Assembly: GCA_963666275.2 (NCBI GenBank)
Contig: CAXXOA010000003.1
Coordinates: 224,001 to 288,000 of the forward strand
DNA: 64,000 bases
Direction: 5' to 3'
DNA from: Oceanispirochaeta sp.
GTDB taxonomy: Bacteria > Spirochaetota > Spirochaetia > DSM-2461
Positions within the stretch are counted from its first letter, which is position 1; each line of letters opens with the position of its first letter. Position numbers and translations under genes: made by a program. Positions 28,682-39,136 of this stretch are shown here, one piece after another. The notes beneath the pieces were generated by a model. That model searched no databases. It saw only the letters and a program-made list of their open reading frames with translations, and had not been told where the DNA came from.

Positions 28682-31408
28682 TTGATGACGATTCCCTTTT
28701 TAGAAACCAAATTTCATATACCACCTGTCAGACCCGAATATGTTTTTCGTCCGAGATTGGTAGAACAGTTAAACCGCAACCTCCATCGGAAATTAACCCT
28801 GGTGTCCGCACCGGCGGGCTTCGGAAAAACATCTCTCATAAGCGAATGGATTCTTGGAACGAACCGGCAGACGGCCTGGCTGTCCCTGGATAAGAGAGAT
28901 AATGATCCCCTTCGTTTTCTCAGCTACTTGACCGGAGCCCTGCAAAAGACAGGGGATAACATTGGCAGTAGGGCTCTGAATATGATCCAGTCCGCAGAGC
29001 AAACACCTTCGGAACCGGTGTTGACAAGTCTTATCAATGAAATCGCCTCCCAATCCCGCGAGATAATTCTGGTTATTGACGATTACCACATCATTGATGA
29101 TCGGGAGATAGATGAGATTCTCAATTTTCTCATCGATAATCTCCCCTCCCAGATGCACCTGGTTCTCTCTACAAGGGAAGATCCTCAACTGGGTCTGTCT
29201 CGCCTGAGAGCTTCCGGGCAAATGAATGAACTCAGAGCCCTGGAACTCCGGTTTCTGAGAAATGAAATTGCCCAGTTTATGAACGACCGTATGAAACTCC
29301 AACTGAACCCCGAGGATATTGCGTCCCTTGAGCAGCGCACCGAAGGATGGATTGCCAGTCTTCAGCTTGCCGCCCTCTCTATCCAGAAGCAGCAGGATAT
29401 CCCCGGATTCATTAAATCCTTTACAGGCAGCAATCGGCTGGTACTGGATTATCTTGTAGAAGAGGTACTGCGCAACCAGAACGGGGAAATTCAGGAGTTT
29501 CTCATTAAGACTTCTATCCTGGAGAGGATGTGCGGTTCTCTCTGCAATGAAATCACAGGGCGGGAGGACAGTCAGAAAATTCTGGAAACCCTGGAAAACA
29601 GCAATCTCTTTATCATTCCCCTGGATGATGAACGCCGCTGGTTCCGGTATCATCATCTTTTTGCAGAATTGCTGCGCCATCGTCTAAGAGAGACTCAGAA
29701 CGATAATATTCCAGAACTCCACAAAAAAGCCGGGTTCTGGTTCTCTCAGAATCATTACGATTTTGAGGCCATTGAGCATAATCTCCTGGCCAGGGACTTC
29801 GAAAACGCAGTTGGCTGGATAGAGGCCTACCTAAGGGAGAATTTTGAGAAAATCACCCAGGCCACCCGAAAGCGCTGGCTTGAATCGATTCCAGAAGAAT
29901 ATCTTGGTACCAGACCTTACCTGGCTCTTTTCGAGGCCTGGTCCATGATTGTCGCAGGTCAACTGGAGATCGCGGAACGGTGCATAGGAGCGGTGGAAAA
30001 CTCTCCGGTACCAAGGGGTTCCTCAAATCAGGAAAACAGACTTCAATGGACCCAATGCCTGGCCATGGCTGCCGTCTTTCGATCTTTCATACAGTCCTAT
30101 CGAGGCAATTTTGACGCCAGTATCCGGCAGGGTTTGCGGGCACTGGATTACCACCGGGAACTGATCAGTCAGCACGGGCCCGCTGCCGGTGAGGGCGAGA
30201 TCATGAGACCCCGGACCTTTGCGCTGATCGTTCTGGCTTATGCCTACGATATTGCAGGATTAATGGATGAAGCCGAACAGGCCCGGAGGGATGCGGTTTC
30301 AGCGGCGAAGCTGTTGAACGATAGGGAACTCATAGGCTTTGCCGGTGTTTTACATGCAGAATCTCTCAAGAGTAAAGGGAATCTGCGGGAAGCGGCAAAA
30401 ATATGTCAAAACCTTCTATACGATCCGGAGAATCTGGATATCTCAGAAAATCCGAAGTTCTGCTGGCTTTTTGCTTTCTACAGTGATGTTCTGACAGAAA
30501 TGGGTGAAACCGATTCTGCACTGGAACAGGTGGAACTGGCCCTGGAACGAGCCTCCCGCTGTGAAGACGGGTTCTATATAATCCGCAGCTGCATTTATAT
30601 AGTCCGAACCTTCATTTCCTGGGGAGAGTCGGAACGGGCCTGGCAGGCTATTAATCAGGTGGAACGTCTTGCTTTACAGCGATCCCTGCCTCTGCCCAAG
30701 CTTCTTATTTTACAATCCTGGAAGGCTCGGCTTCTGCTTGCTCAGGGAAAAATCGATGAGGCTGTGCAATGGGCTGAGAATCTCCGGATTGATACCGGCA
30801 CTCCTCCGCTCCGTATCCATGAAGAAGAGTATCTTGCGTTCGCAAGGATCAGGATTGCCCAGGGATTTCCGGAAGAAGCGATACTCCTTCTGGAATGGGC
30901 CGAAACTCTGGCTGTTTCTGAAAATAGAACAGCCGCCATCATTGAGTCCTTTATAATTCAATCTATGGCATTCCTGATGCTGGATAATCTGAACAGCGCC
31001 CTGAAAATTCTTGAAAAAGCCCTTTCCCTGGCAGAACCTCTGGATTTTATCGGTATTTTTATTGACGAGGGCTCTTCCATGAGCAGGCTGCTCTACGAAG
31101 CGGCAAAAGCGGGCATCCGGACCGCTTACGTCCGGCTGCTGCTGGACCATTTTCCCTCAAATAAACCTGAAGTAAAGACGATGGCAAAAATAGAAGCGAA
31201 GCAGAACGGACTAATGGAACCTCTCAGTGACCGGGAAATCGATGTACTCCAGCTTATCGCGGAAGGGATGTCCAATGAGCAGCTGGGTGAAAAATTATTC
31301 ATTTCCGTTCATACAGTGAAGGTTCATACCCGGAACATATATGCCAAACTGGAATGCCATAACCGTACAGAAGCCGTAGCCCAAGCCAGGAAATTCGGAA
31401 TTCTCTAG
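28682..31408 (+). CDS. MalT-like STAND ATPase/LuxR-HTH transcriptional regulator
   Basis: APAGFGKT, IDDYH, RTEGW, WFRYHHLFAE; C-terminal LSDREIDVL...TVKVHTRNIYAKL. Confidence 0.95.
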   Translation: MMTIPFLETKFHIPPVRPEYVFRPRLVEQLNRNLHRKLTLVSAPAGFGKTSLISEWILGTNRQTAWLSLDKRDNDPLRFLSYLTGALQKTGDNIGSRALNMIQSAEQTPSEPVLTSLINEIASQSREIILVIDDYHIIDDREIDEILNFLIDNLPSQMHLVLSTREDPQLGLSRLRASGQMNELRALELRFLRNEIAQFMNDRMKLQLNPEDIASLEQRTEGWIASLQLAALSIQKQQDIPGFIKSFTGSNRLVLDYLVEEVLRNQNGEIQEFLIKTSILERMCGSLCNEITGREDSQKILETLENSNLFIIPLDDERRWFRYHHLFAELLRHRLRETQNDNIPELHKKAGFWFSQNHYDFEAIEHNLLARDFENAVGWIEAYLRENFEKITQATRKRWLESIPEEYLGTRPYLALFEAWSMIVAGQLEIAERCIGAVENSPVPRGSSNQENRLQWTQCLAMAAVFRSFIQSYRGNFDASIRQGLRALDYHRELISQHGPAAGEGEIMRPRTFALIVLAYAYDIAGLMDEAEQARRDAVSAAKLLNDRELIGFAGVLHAESLKSKGNLREAAKICQNLLYDPENLDISENPKFCWLFAFYSDVLTEMGETDSALEQVELALERASRCEDGFYIIRSCIYIVRTFISWGESERAWQAINQVERLALQRSLPLPKLLILQSWKARLLLAQGKIDEAVQWAENLRIDTGTPPLRIHEEEYLAFARIRIAQGFPEEAILLLEWAETLAVSENRTAAIIESFIIQSMAFLMLDNLNSALKILEKALSLAEPLDFIGIFIDEGSSMSRLLYEAAKAGIRTAYVRLLLDHFPSNKPEVKTMAKIEAKQNGLMEPLSDREIDVLQLIAEGMSNEQLGEKLFISVHTVKVHTRNIYAKLECHNRTEAVAQARKFGIL

Positions 31409-31455
31409 TACAAGGGAGTTCCTCCACTCCTCTTGTATCCCCATTTACAGGCGAA

Positions 31456-31511
31456 TACCCCTTCCTTTACTACCTCTGTGGTATGTGATTCCGCCTTTGT
31501 AAGCCTAGACT
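31456..31511 (+). promoter_or_regulatory. Operator copy 2 with -10 TAGACT
   Basis: TACCCCT-N5-TACTACC-TC-TGTGGTA-TGTG; TAGACT at 31506. Confidence 0.75.
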
Positions 31512-31535
31512 CTTACCTCATAAAGAGGGGGAAAG

Positions 31536-32348
31536 ATGAAAAAAACAGACCTTAAGATAAGCTATTACGAGTACAACGCCTTTATCATCGAATCAGGAGG
31601 TAAGACTGTAGCGATTGATCCGGGAGCCACCTTTGCCTATTACTTCCAGTTTAAATCGCTTATTCCCAGAGACATCTGGCCTTCTGTGAGCCACATTATC
31701 ATAACCCACGGAGATCCTGATCATTACTGGTTTGCCGATAAAATCGCCTCGGCATCGGGAGCACCGGTCATTATGAACAGAATCATGATGAGGAATACTC
31801 CCGAAGGCGCCAGAGCATTGGGCCCCCGTTCGAAGGGGCTCAAATTCAACTGGATTGTGGAGAATCCTGAACTCTTCGACCTTGGAGAAACCCGTTATAT
31901 CGATGGCATAAGCTTTACCGCCGTGGAAACGGCCCATGGCCCTCTATCGTTAAAAATGGGCCCTTTTGAAAAAGTGGAATATCCCGGTCCGGAGGAACGG
32001 GTCGGTTGGGGAGCCATGGGTTTCAAAATGACATGGAATAACCGGACCCTGGTAAATCTAGGGGATTCCCTATTAAAAAAAGTAGCCTGGTCATCCATTA
32101 TTGAACCGGATGTGCTGATGCTGCCTATCGGTGGAAAAGAGGCCCTGAATACCATGGGTGTCGACGAGGCGATCGAAGCGGTCAGGTTGATAAAGCCCAA
32201 AGTGGTTATTCCCATGCACTATAACCTGCGGGCTCTGTTTACAGATACATACTGCCCGGCGGATGCCCAGGAATTCAGAAAAGGCATAGAAAAACCTGGT
32301 TCCCGATGTGTTGTGCTTTCTCCCGGTGATTCCTGGGAGGAAAGCTAG
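31536..32348 (+). CDS. MBL-fold metallo-hydrolase
   Basis: ITHGDPDH, LGDS, VIPMHY. Confidence 0.88.
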   Translation: MKKTDLKISYYEYNAFIIESGGKTVAIDPGATFAYYFQFKSLIPRDIWPSVSHIIITHGDPDHYWFADKIASASGAPVIMNRIMMRNTPEGARALGPRSKGLKFNWIVENPELFDLGETRYIDGISFTAVETAHGPLSLKMGPFEKVEYPGPEERVGWGAMGFKMTWNNRTLVNLGDSLLKKVAWSSIIEPDVLMLPIGGKEALNTMGVDEAIEAVRLIKPKVVIPMHYNLRALFTDTYCPADAQEFRKGIEKPGSRCVVLSPGDSWEES

Positions 32349-32397
32349 GATAGGAAAAACCGCAAACCACCCCGATCCCGGCAGCAGTCCTGCCGAT

Positions 32398-32454
32398 TAC
32401 TACCGGGATTACCACCCCGGTGGTATGCGGTTCATCCCCTCTGGGAGCTATGCT
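32398..32454 (+). promoter_or_regulatory. Operator copy 3 with -10 TATGCT
   Basis: TACTACC-N5-TACCACC-CC-GGTGGTA-TGCG; TATGCT at 32449. Confidence 0.75.
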
Positions 32455-32478
32455 TCCATCAGCATGAAGGAGGAATTC

Positions 32479-32664
32479 ATGAAAAAAATTAAAAAGAAGA
32501 AGCTGGAATACCTTCCTGTGGAACTGAGAAAAGACTGCGGGATGGAACCGCGATTTGAATATCACCATCCCGGTTCCATGGATCTTATCTTTTTTAATGG
32601 GTCAAGGATCGGGCTGGGATTCAGCAGTCATTCCAATAGGAAAGAGAAAAGGAGAGTTTCATGA
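32479..32664 (+). CDS. Short hypothetical ORF (possibly a gene remnant)
   Basis: AAGGAGG RBS before ATG 32479; ATGA overlap with next gene. Confidence 0.4.
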   Translation: MKKIKKKKLEYLPVELRKDCGMEPRFEYHHPGSMDLIFFNGSRIGLGFSSHSNRKEKRRVS

Positions 32665-33377
32665 AAAGTATGACCGGAGGAAACTGTACCATCGACAGTA
32701 ATTCCGAATGCACCAATTGCAGAATTGATGGAAGACTGGAATGTAAGTGGAATAAAAGGGCGTTGAATAACTTTCTGGTAACATCTATGCCGGTATCCCT
32801 GATTTGTCTGACCGCCGTGGCCACAGGAGCCTATGTTACTTCAAACTGGTGGTACCTGATCGGCTATTTCGTTTACTTCATCCTTATGTTTAATGTATTT
32901 GAGATCCGTTTTCTCTGCAGTCATTGCCCATACTATGCAAAATCGGGCAATAAACTGGAATGCCTGGCCAACCATGGCAGTCCGAAACTCTGGAAGTACA
33001 GACCGGGACCATTAAATGGTTTTGAGAAAGCATTGATGATAGTATTAATCTCCACCATTTTTTATATAGGTCCCATGGGCAGTACAGTTGCAGGTGTGGT
33101 TCATATGCTTATGTCTGGAGAAAGGATACTTTCTCCCATCATTATGGCCTTAGCCGCATTGGCACTAATGACAGCTTTTTCCAGTACCGGTTTTGTTATT
33201 TCCTTACGCCGTAATTTCTGCTCAAAATGTGTCAATTTTTCCTGCCCCCTCAACAAAGTCGATAAACCTGTGGTGGACCAGTATCTCTTAAAAAACGATG
33301 TGATGCGGGAAGCATGGATCAAAAGCGGATATCAATGGGAAGATCCCCATTTGAAATATAAAGAAGGAGCTGTCTGA
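32661..33377 (+). CDS. Cys-rich membrane protein
   Basis: About 4 TM segments; CTNC, CSHCPYY, CSKCVNFSCP clusters. Confidence 0.75.
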   Translation: MKSMTGGNCTIDSNSECTNCRIDGRLECKWNKRALNNFLVTSMPVSLICLTAVATGAYVTSNWWYLIGYFVYFILMFNVFEIRFLCSHCPYYAKSGNKLECLANHGSPKLWKYRPGPLNGFEKALMIVLISTIFYIGPMGSTVAGVVHMLMSGERILSPIIMALAALALMTAFSSTGFVISLRRNFCSKCVNFSCPLNKVDKPVVDQYLLKNDVMREAWIKSGYQWEDPHLKYKEGAV

Positions 33378-33378
33378 T

Positions 33379-34137
33379 ATGAAAATTCTAGCCATATGCG
33401 GCAGCCCGCGAAAAGGAAATACTTATAGGGCACTTCAGAATATCCAGGATCGCTTTATTGATATTGACATTGAAATTCTGATGCTGAAGGATCTGGATTT
33501 AAAACTCTGTCGTGGATGCTATTCCTGTGTGACCAGGGGGGAAGAGAATTGCCCTCTGAAAGATGACCGAACCTGGCTTATTGAGAAGATACACAATGCC
33601 GATGGTCTGATCGCAGCCTCTCCTGTCTATTCCCATATGATTACTGCTCTGATGAAAAACCTCTTCGACCGGTTGGGTTATGTCAGCCACCGGCCTCTGT
33701 TTTTTGATAAATTCGCCCTGTCCCTTGTAACCTACTCAGGATACGGAGCCATGCCGGCTCTGGAGTATTTGGACAGGGGATTGAGTGTTTTCGGTTTTAA
33801 TATGGTTCCTTCTCTGGCTCTGAAATACAGACCGGCCGGGAACACAGAATCCCTGGATCAGGAGAATACACGGAAATCCATTGATGCTTTTGAAGTCTTT
33901 CTGGATAAAGTCCGGAAGGGAGAGAGGGAGAAACCGGGATTGAACAAATTGATACCCTTCGGCATTTTTAAAGCCATCTCCCAAATAGCCCGGGAAACCA
34001 TGCCGGCCGATTACGAATACTACAGGAACAAAAGGGAGTATTACTATGAAGTGAAACTGCCTTTTTATACAAAATGGATCACCGAAAGGGTTGTAAAACA
34101 GGAACTGAGTAAAATACTCGGCACTGGGAATTCCTGA
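33379..34137 (+). CDS. Flavodoxin family / NADPH-dependent FMN reductase (iron-sulfur flavoprotein-like)
   Basis: GSPRKGNT, CRGCYSC...CP, ASPVY. Confidence 0.88.
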   Translation: MKILAICGSPRKGNTYRALQNIQDRFIDIDIEILMLKDLDLKLCRGCYSCVTRGEENCPLKDDRTWLIEKIHNADGLIAASPVYSHMITALMKNLFDRLGYVSHRPLFFDKFALSLVTYSGYGAMPALEYLDRGLSVFGFNMVPSLALKYRPAGNTESLDQENTRKSIDAFEVFLDKVRKGEREKPGLNKLIPFGIFKAISQIARETMPADYEYYRNKREYYYEVKLPFYTKWITERVVKQELSKILGTGNS

Positions 34138-34160
34138 AACTATATCCAGGGAGAATAGAA

Positions 34161-35099
34161 ATGAATTGTAATAAAAACAAAAAAAAGATAATCCGGAAGC
34201 TCTATATACCGCTTGTCATTATGATATCATTCTGGATGGTTGCGATTCTGCTCTGGCGGGCCACGGGAATGCCTTTTTTTCTTTTTAATTTCGGGTATAT
34301 CGGTTTTGCGGTTGCCCTGGGATTGGGACTTTACGCTCTCCTTCCCAAAAAGAAAAAATTCCTGGGTCGGTGTATTGCCCAATTAATGGTGGGAATCTAT
34401 CTGCTGGGTTTTCTGGGTATACTGGGAAGAGAGAACATGCAGCTGGAAGGGCTTTTCTTTCACCTTCTCTCGGGGTACTTCGCGGCATCTGTAATACACT
34501 ATCTGGTGGCAAAGGTCTTCGGCCCCCTGCTCTACGGCCGAGGATACTGCGGATGGGCCTGCTGGACGTCCATGATACTGGATTTTCTTCCATACAAAAG
34601 GAATAAGGCTGGCCGGGTGAGTCAAAAATGGGAACGGCTCAGGTACATCCATTTCGCCATAAGTCTGTCAGTGGTCCTGGGGGCCTGGTTTGTCATGGGT
34701 TACAGGCCTGATCCCACCGGAAAGACAACCCTGATCTGGCTGGTCATCGGGAATGCATTTTACTATGTCTCATCAATCATTCTGGCATTTGCCTTAAAAG
34801 ATAATCGCGCTTTCTGCAAATATCTCTGTCCTGTTGCGGTGGTTTTAAAAATCACTACCCGGTTTTCATTGATGAAGGTTGAAGGGAAAACCGGGGAATG
34901 CACCAGCTGCGGAGCCTGCTCCCGGGCCTGTCCTATGGATATCGATGTGATGGCCTATATTAACAATGGGGAACGTGTTCTCTCCACGGAATGCATCGGA
35001 TGCAGAACCTGTTCCAATGCGTGTCCGAAAGGGATTCTGGGAGATACCCTTAAGTTTGACATCGGCGGAAAAGAGCGGATTCGCAGAAGAATATCCTAA
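34161..35099 (+). CDS. Membrane 4Fe-4S protein (NapH/YccM-like)
   Basis: GRGYCGWAC, RAFCKYLCP, two CxxCxxCxxxCP. Confidence 0.88.
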   Translation: MNCNKNKKKIIRKLYIPLVIMISFWMVAILLWRATGMPFFLFNFGYIGFAVALGLGLYALLPKKKKFLGRCIAQLMVGIYLLGFLGILGRENMQLEGLFFHLLSGYFAASVIHYLVAKVFGPLLYGRGYCGWACWTSMILDFLPYKRNKAGRVSQKWERLRYIHFAISLSVVLGAWFVMGYRPDPTGKTTLIWLVIGNAFYYVSSIILAFALKDNRAFCKYLCPVAVVLKITTRFSLMKVEGKTGECTSCGACSRACPMDIDVMAYINNGERVLSTECIGCRTCSNACPKGILGDTLKFDIGGKERIRRRIS

Positions 35100-35127
35100 A
35101 AAACATAAAAACGAGGAGAATCATTGT

Positions 35128-35706
35128 ATGCTGAAAAAAATATTATCCCTTATCCAGGACAAAACCAGCTGGCTGGTAATTCTATCCCTGCTGGCGGTGA
35201 CTCTGGGTTTGATGTTTCTCATGAATGGAACCCGGCTGCCTTTCAGCCATCCCACCATCCTGGAGCACTCCGGTGGGATCCCTATTCTGGATATCCGTCT
35301 GGGGTTTTCTCCCGATGATGCTTATGAACTGTTTGATGCACTGGGGATGCAAGGACGCCGGGCTTATCGCCTCCTGCATCTTCTGCCGGATTTGTTTTTC
35401 CCCATGGGCTATTCCCTGGTGTTTGCCTTCCTCAGTGCCTGGTTTCTGGTGCGTCTTTTCCCCCTTAACCACTATCTGCAATGGCTCTGTCTGATTCCCC
35501 TGGTTGCCGGATTATCCGATTGGCTCGAAAACCTCAGCCTTGTGATTTGCAGTCTTTCCTATCCCGCCCGATTTGATTGGCTTGTCCGACTGGCTAATCT
35601 GATGAATAAAATCAAGTTCTTCCTGATGCCGATCGGTTCGGTATTCCTGATTCTCCTGATAATTCTCTGGTTCCTGCGGAGACGTCCGGTAAAGAATATC
35701 TGTTAA
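35128..35706 (+). CDS. Hypothetical membrane protein
   Basis: GAGGAG RBS before ATG 35128; ILDIR.G, GRRAY, DWLEN; about 4 TM. Confidence 0.72.
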   Translation: MLKKILSLIQDKTSWLVILSLLAVTLGLMFLMNGTRLPFSHPTILEHSGGIPILDIRLGFSPDDAYELFDALGMQGRRAYRLLHLLPDLFFPMGYSLVFAFLSAWFLVRLFPLNHYLQWLCLIPLVAGLSDWLENLSLVICSLSYPARFDWLVRLANLMNKIKFFLMPIGSVFLILLIILWFLRRRPVKNIC

Positions 35707-35724
35707 CAGGCCCCGATGGAAGAT

Positions 35725-35780
35725 TACTACCCCGAATACCCCCTCTGAGGTATGCGGGTTTTTTTTCCAGGGCTTATCCT
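35725..35780 (+). promoter_or_regulatory. Operator copy 4 with -10 TATCCT
   Basis: TACTACC-N5-TACCCCC-TC-TGAGGTA-TGCG; TATCCT at 35775. Confidence 0.75.
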
Positions 35781-35813
35781 GCCAGAGTAAAGTTTTTTTG
35801 CGAATGGAGGAAA

Positions 35814-36053
35814 ATGATGAGAACAATACAAAGGAAAGGAAATCTGATTCATAGGCTGTTTGCCATCCTTTTTCTGGTAAGCGCAGTACTGACTGTGCTG
35901 CCCAATGCTGCTGCCAGTAAGGAATGCCGTCTCGGATACAAGGCAGTTTGCAGTTTTACACCCTTCGGGACCCTGATTCTGATAGGGCTGTCCGCTCTTC
36001 ATGTGTTTCTCGCTGTAAAGCGCACAGGTTCAATGAAAAGGCGGGAGATATGA
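35814..36053 (+). CDS. Small membrane protein
   Basis: GGAGG RBS; two hydrophobic segments around ASKECRLGYKAVCSFTP. Confidence 0.65.
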   Translation: MMRTIQRKGNLIHRLFAILFLVSAVLTVLPNAAASKECRLGYKAVCSFTPFGTLILIGLSALHVFLAVKRTGSMKRREI

Positions 36054-36979
36054 CCACTCAGTACAGTTCCCGGGTTCTGGCAAAGGAGGAGAGTATGAGG
36101 AATTACGAAGGAAAAAAGGAATGCACCGGTTGCGGACTCTGCGGCAGGGTCTGCCCCTTTCATGTTATTGATATTCAAATAGGGAAACCTGCCGCATTAC
36201 ATCCCGACCGTCAGCACCTGTGTATCCGCTGCGGTCAATGCATGGCGGTTTGTCCTTCCCGGTTCATTCAGATAGAAGGATTATCCTATGATGAAAATTT
36301 CCCAGAGTATCAACCCCATGGAATAAAAGAGGAGAATTTTGCAAGTTTTCTTGCCTCCCGAAGATCATTAAGGGATTTTGAAGATCGGGAAGTGCCCGGG
36401 GAAGCTATCCGGACAATACTTAATTCCGTCGGATACGCCCCTTTTGGATGCCATCGGTAAAAGAGTTCCATAACCGTTGTGGATAGCCGGGAAACGATCG
36501 AGGCTGCTCTTCCTGCAATCTCCCAATTTTTGGGCCGTGTGGTAACATTAATTGAAAATCCGTTTATATCCTTCTTTTTCAAAAAAAACAGCTCTGCAGA
36601 AGAGTTCAATACGGTGAAGAATCACCTCTACCCCATCTCCAAACAGGATACCTTTGATCTGGAAAAGGGGGACCGTATTACCCGGGGGGCACCCGTAATG
36701 CTCCTGTTTCACTCAGAAAAAACAGCCGAAGCCCGGACGGCAAATGGGCTGATCAATGCCACCTACGCCATGCTTCAGGCCCATGCTCTGGGACTGGGTT
36801 CCACCTTGGTGGAGGTGGTCCCGGCGGCCATCAATCAGGTTAAGGATTTGAAAAAACTGTTTCAGATTCCCAAAACTCATGAGGTGACGATGGCTCTTGT
36901 ACTGGGATACCCGAAGTTCCCTTATAGAAGATCTTTATGCCGGCCGCTGCAGAATGTGAATTGGGTCGGTCATGATTGA
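36050..36979 (+). pseudogene. Nitroreductase with N-terminal 4Fe-4S domain, interrupted by in-frame TAA
   Basis: ORFs ending at 36460 and starting at 36479 are in the same frame; CTGCGLC..CP, SRRSLRDF, HALGLGS, LVLGYP. Confidence 0.8.
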
Positions 36980-37074
36980 TGAGAGATTTTTTTTTACCGC
37001 CGGGCTGTACTGCAAATCCCCGGGATATTTCTGCTATCCCGGGAGTGTTTCCTTGACCTGAATCTGCCATATTT

Positions 37075-37808
37075 TCAGCGGTATCGGGCGTCCTCGATGG
37101 TACAGCGGAAAAATTCCCCTTCTGTTTCAAACCGGTCTGTCCCGAAGAACCAGCCCGCCCTGAGTTTTGCGGGGATTGTGAATCTTTGGAACTGCTTTTC
37201 CTCCTCAAAGAGGGCGCCAAATGCATGGGATCTGAAGTCTCCGCCGTCTGGGTTGCCCCAGCGCTGCATCCTGAGGTGTCGGGGCTGTCCCTTTTCATCG
37301 ATCCTGAGGGTGAGGGAGGTCCTGCCCTCTCCAAGGGGGAGTGCCGCTTTTATGCGGGTGTCATCCTGGGCGGTCCACTCTACTTCAGGCCCGGCCAGGG
37401 CAGAAGGCAGCCAGATGAGTTCTGCCAGAAACCGGTCCAGGGCGGATCGGGTTATATCAGGTCCCGATGCTTTCATTACAGGGAAGAGTCCGAAAAGGCG
37501 CCAGTCCATACGGCCTTTGCCGTCAATCACCCGGTCCGAACCGCCCACAGGCAGGCCGTTGACCCGGGTCCGGGCACGCCACAGCATGCCCCGTTCCCTG
37601 TGGATAACCTGTTCTGCCCGGTAGGAGCCCCAGGTTTTCAGTTTTATCTCAGCCGAACCGCCTGGGACAAGGGGGTTCCCGGTTTTATGGCATGGGTAAG
37701 GTAGCGGGTTACCGGTTCGGGTAAATTGCTCAGTTTATCAGGCAGGAAGGGTTCCGCCGGGGAAGCCGGGGAGTACCAGAGTTTGTTGAGGGATAGCTTT
37801 TCAGACAT
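37075..37808 (-). pseudogene. DUF6544-like gene with frameshift near 37650
   Basis: N-part MSEK...LPEPVTRYL...AVRLR* continues in another frame as EIKLKTW...AEQVI...; ELIWLPSAL, GEFFR. Confidence 0.7.
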
Positions 37809-37882
37809 GGTTTTCCGCCTTTGTGCCGTTTTTAGTGTTTTATGGTCTGCCCCTTTTATAACCGTCTGTCAGGGGTATCCTG

Positions 37883-39067
37883 TCACTCTCTCTGTAATTG
37901 ATTTATTAAAAGACTTTTCATGCTTTGTGGCTGAGTCTCTTCCACAATAAAGGAATGGCATTGATTGAACCGGGCGTAGGCTGCCAGCTCAGACTTCAGA
38001 GCCCTGGCAAAGTCTTCCCTGTTTTTGTTAAACCTGTTTTCCATGACTAACTTGCTGATGTGGAAAATCCCCTGCTTCCTGTCGGCCCTGGCATCCAGCC
38101 GTGCGACAAACTGTCCCTGCCAGAGAACGGGGAGGGCATAGTAGCCATACTGTCGTTTATCCGCCGGAACGTAGCACTCTATGCGGTAATCAAAATCAAA
38201 CAGTTCCTGTAACCTTTTGCGCTGAATCACAAGGTTATCAAAGGGGGATAAGATTTTCACCCTTTTTCTTGCCAGCGGTTTTTCCAGTAAGGCGAGTTGC
38301 GCCTCCGAGGTATAGTAGCTGTGCTTTCCCACCTGGACCCGGAGCAGCTCCCCCTGTTCCTCCAGGGCCGCCAGTTCCTTTTTGATGGGAGAGAGGATGT
38401 TTTTCCGCTGATACGCCGCTTCACCGGCCTGAATCAGGCCGTGGGCCCTCAGGTTCTGCCGGATCAAATGTCCGGCCATTTCCTGTTCTGTGGGCATAGT
38501 CCTGTCTGTTTGCTCAGGCAGCACCCGTTCTGTCAGGTCATAGACTTTCTGGAATCCTGCCCGGTAGGGGCACATCAGTTCTCCTGCCATAAAGAGTTGT
38601 TCCAGAGACTGCTTGGCCGGTTTCCACTGCCACCAACCGCCTTCATGGCCCTGGGGTTTTTCAAAGTCTTTCGCCTGCAACGGCCCCTCATTTCTGATCC
38701 GGCTCAGGACTTCCTGTTCAACTTTCTGATCCCTCTCAAACCAGTGGCGGTGTTCCCTGATCCGGGCTTTTCCGGGCAATGAAAACCGGTAGTCTTCCAT
38801 GGGCAGGTAGGCCGCCGCATGGGACCAGTACTCAAATATCTGCTGCTTTTTCAGGAGTTTGTCTATGTATTCGGGCTTGTAGTTTCTGACCCGTGACCAG
38901 AGGGTGTGGTGATGGGCCCGGGAGACCACAGAAATGCTGTCGATCTGGACGTAGCCGAGATGCCGGATGGCCGCGAGAGTTCCGGTGAGCCCGGAAAATC
39001 TGCCGGTTGGAAGACCCTGGGATAACAGAGCGATTTTTCTGGCCTGGGGGTATGACAGTGTTTCCAT
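37883..39067 (-). CDS. ycaQ: YcaQ/AlkZ-family winged-helix DNA crosslink glycosylase
   Basis: YVQIDSISVV (QxD), FEYWSHAA, LSPFDNL, YRIECYVP..KRQYGYY. Confidence 0.9.
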   Translation of the reverse strand: METLSYPQARKIALLSQGLPTGRFSGLTGTLAAIRHLGYVQIDSISVVSRAHHHTLWSRVRNYKPEYIDKLLKKQQIFEYWSHAAAYLPMEDYRFSLPGKARIREHRHWFERDQKVEQEVLSRIRNEGPLQAKDFEKPQGHEGGWWQWKPAKQSLEQLFMAGELMCPYRAGFQKVYDLTERVLPEQTDRTMPTEQEMAGHLIRQNLRAHGLIQAGEAAYQRKNILSPIKKELAALEEQGELLRVQVGKHSYYTSEAQLALLEKPLARKRVKILSPFDNLVIQRKRLQELFDFDYRIECYVPADKRQYGYYALPVLWQGQFVARLDARADRKQGIFHISKLVMENRFNKNREDFARALKSELAAYARFNQCHSFIVEETQPQSMKSLLINQLQRE

Positions 39068-39136
39068 TTTTTTCAGAATTTTATCTTAAGGGGTTTTAAT
39101 TGTTTGGTCCACAAGAGATCATTTCAGTCAGCTTTC

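Noticed and set aside
36458..36460. Selenocysteine or pyrrolysine recoding
   Set aside because: The codon is TAA, not TGA or TAG
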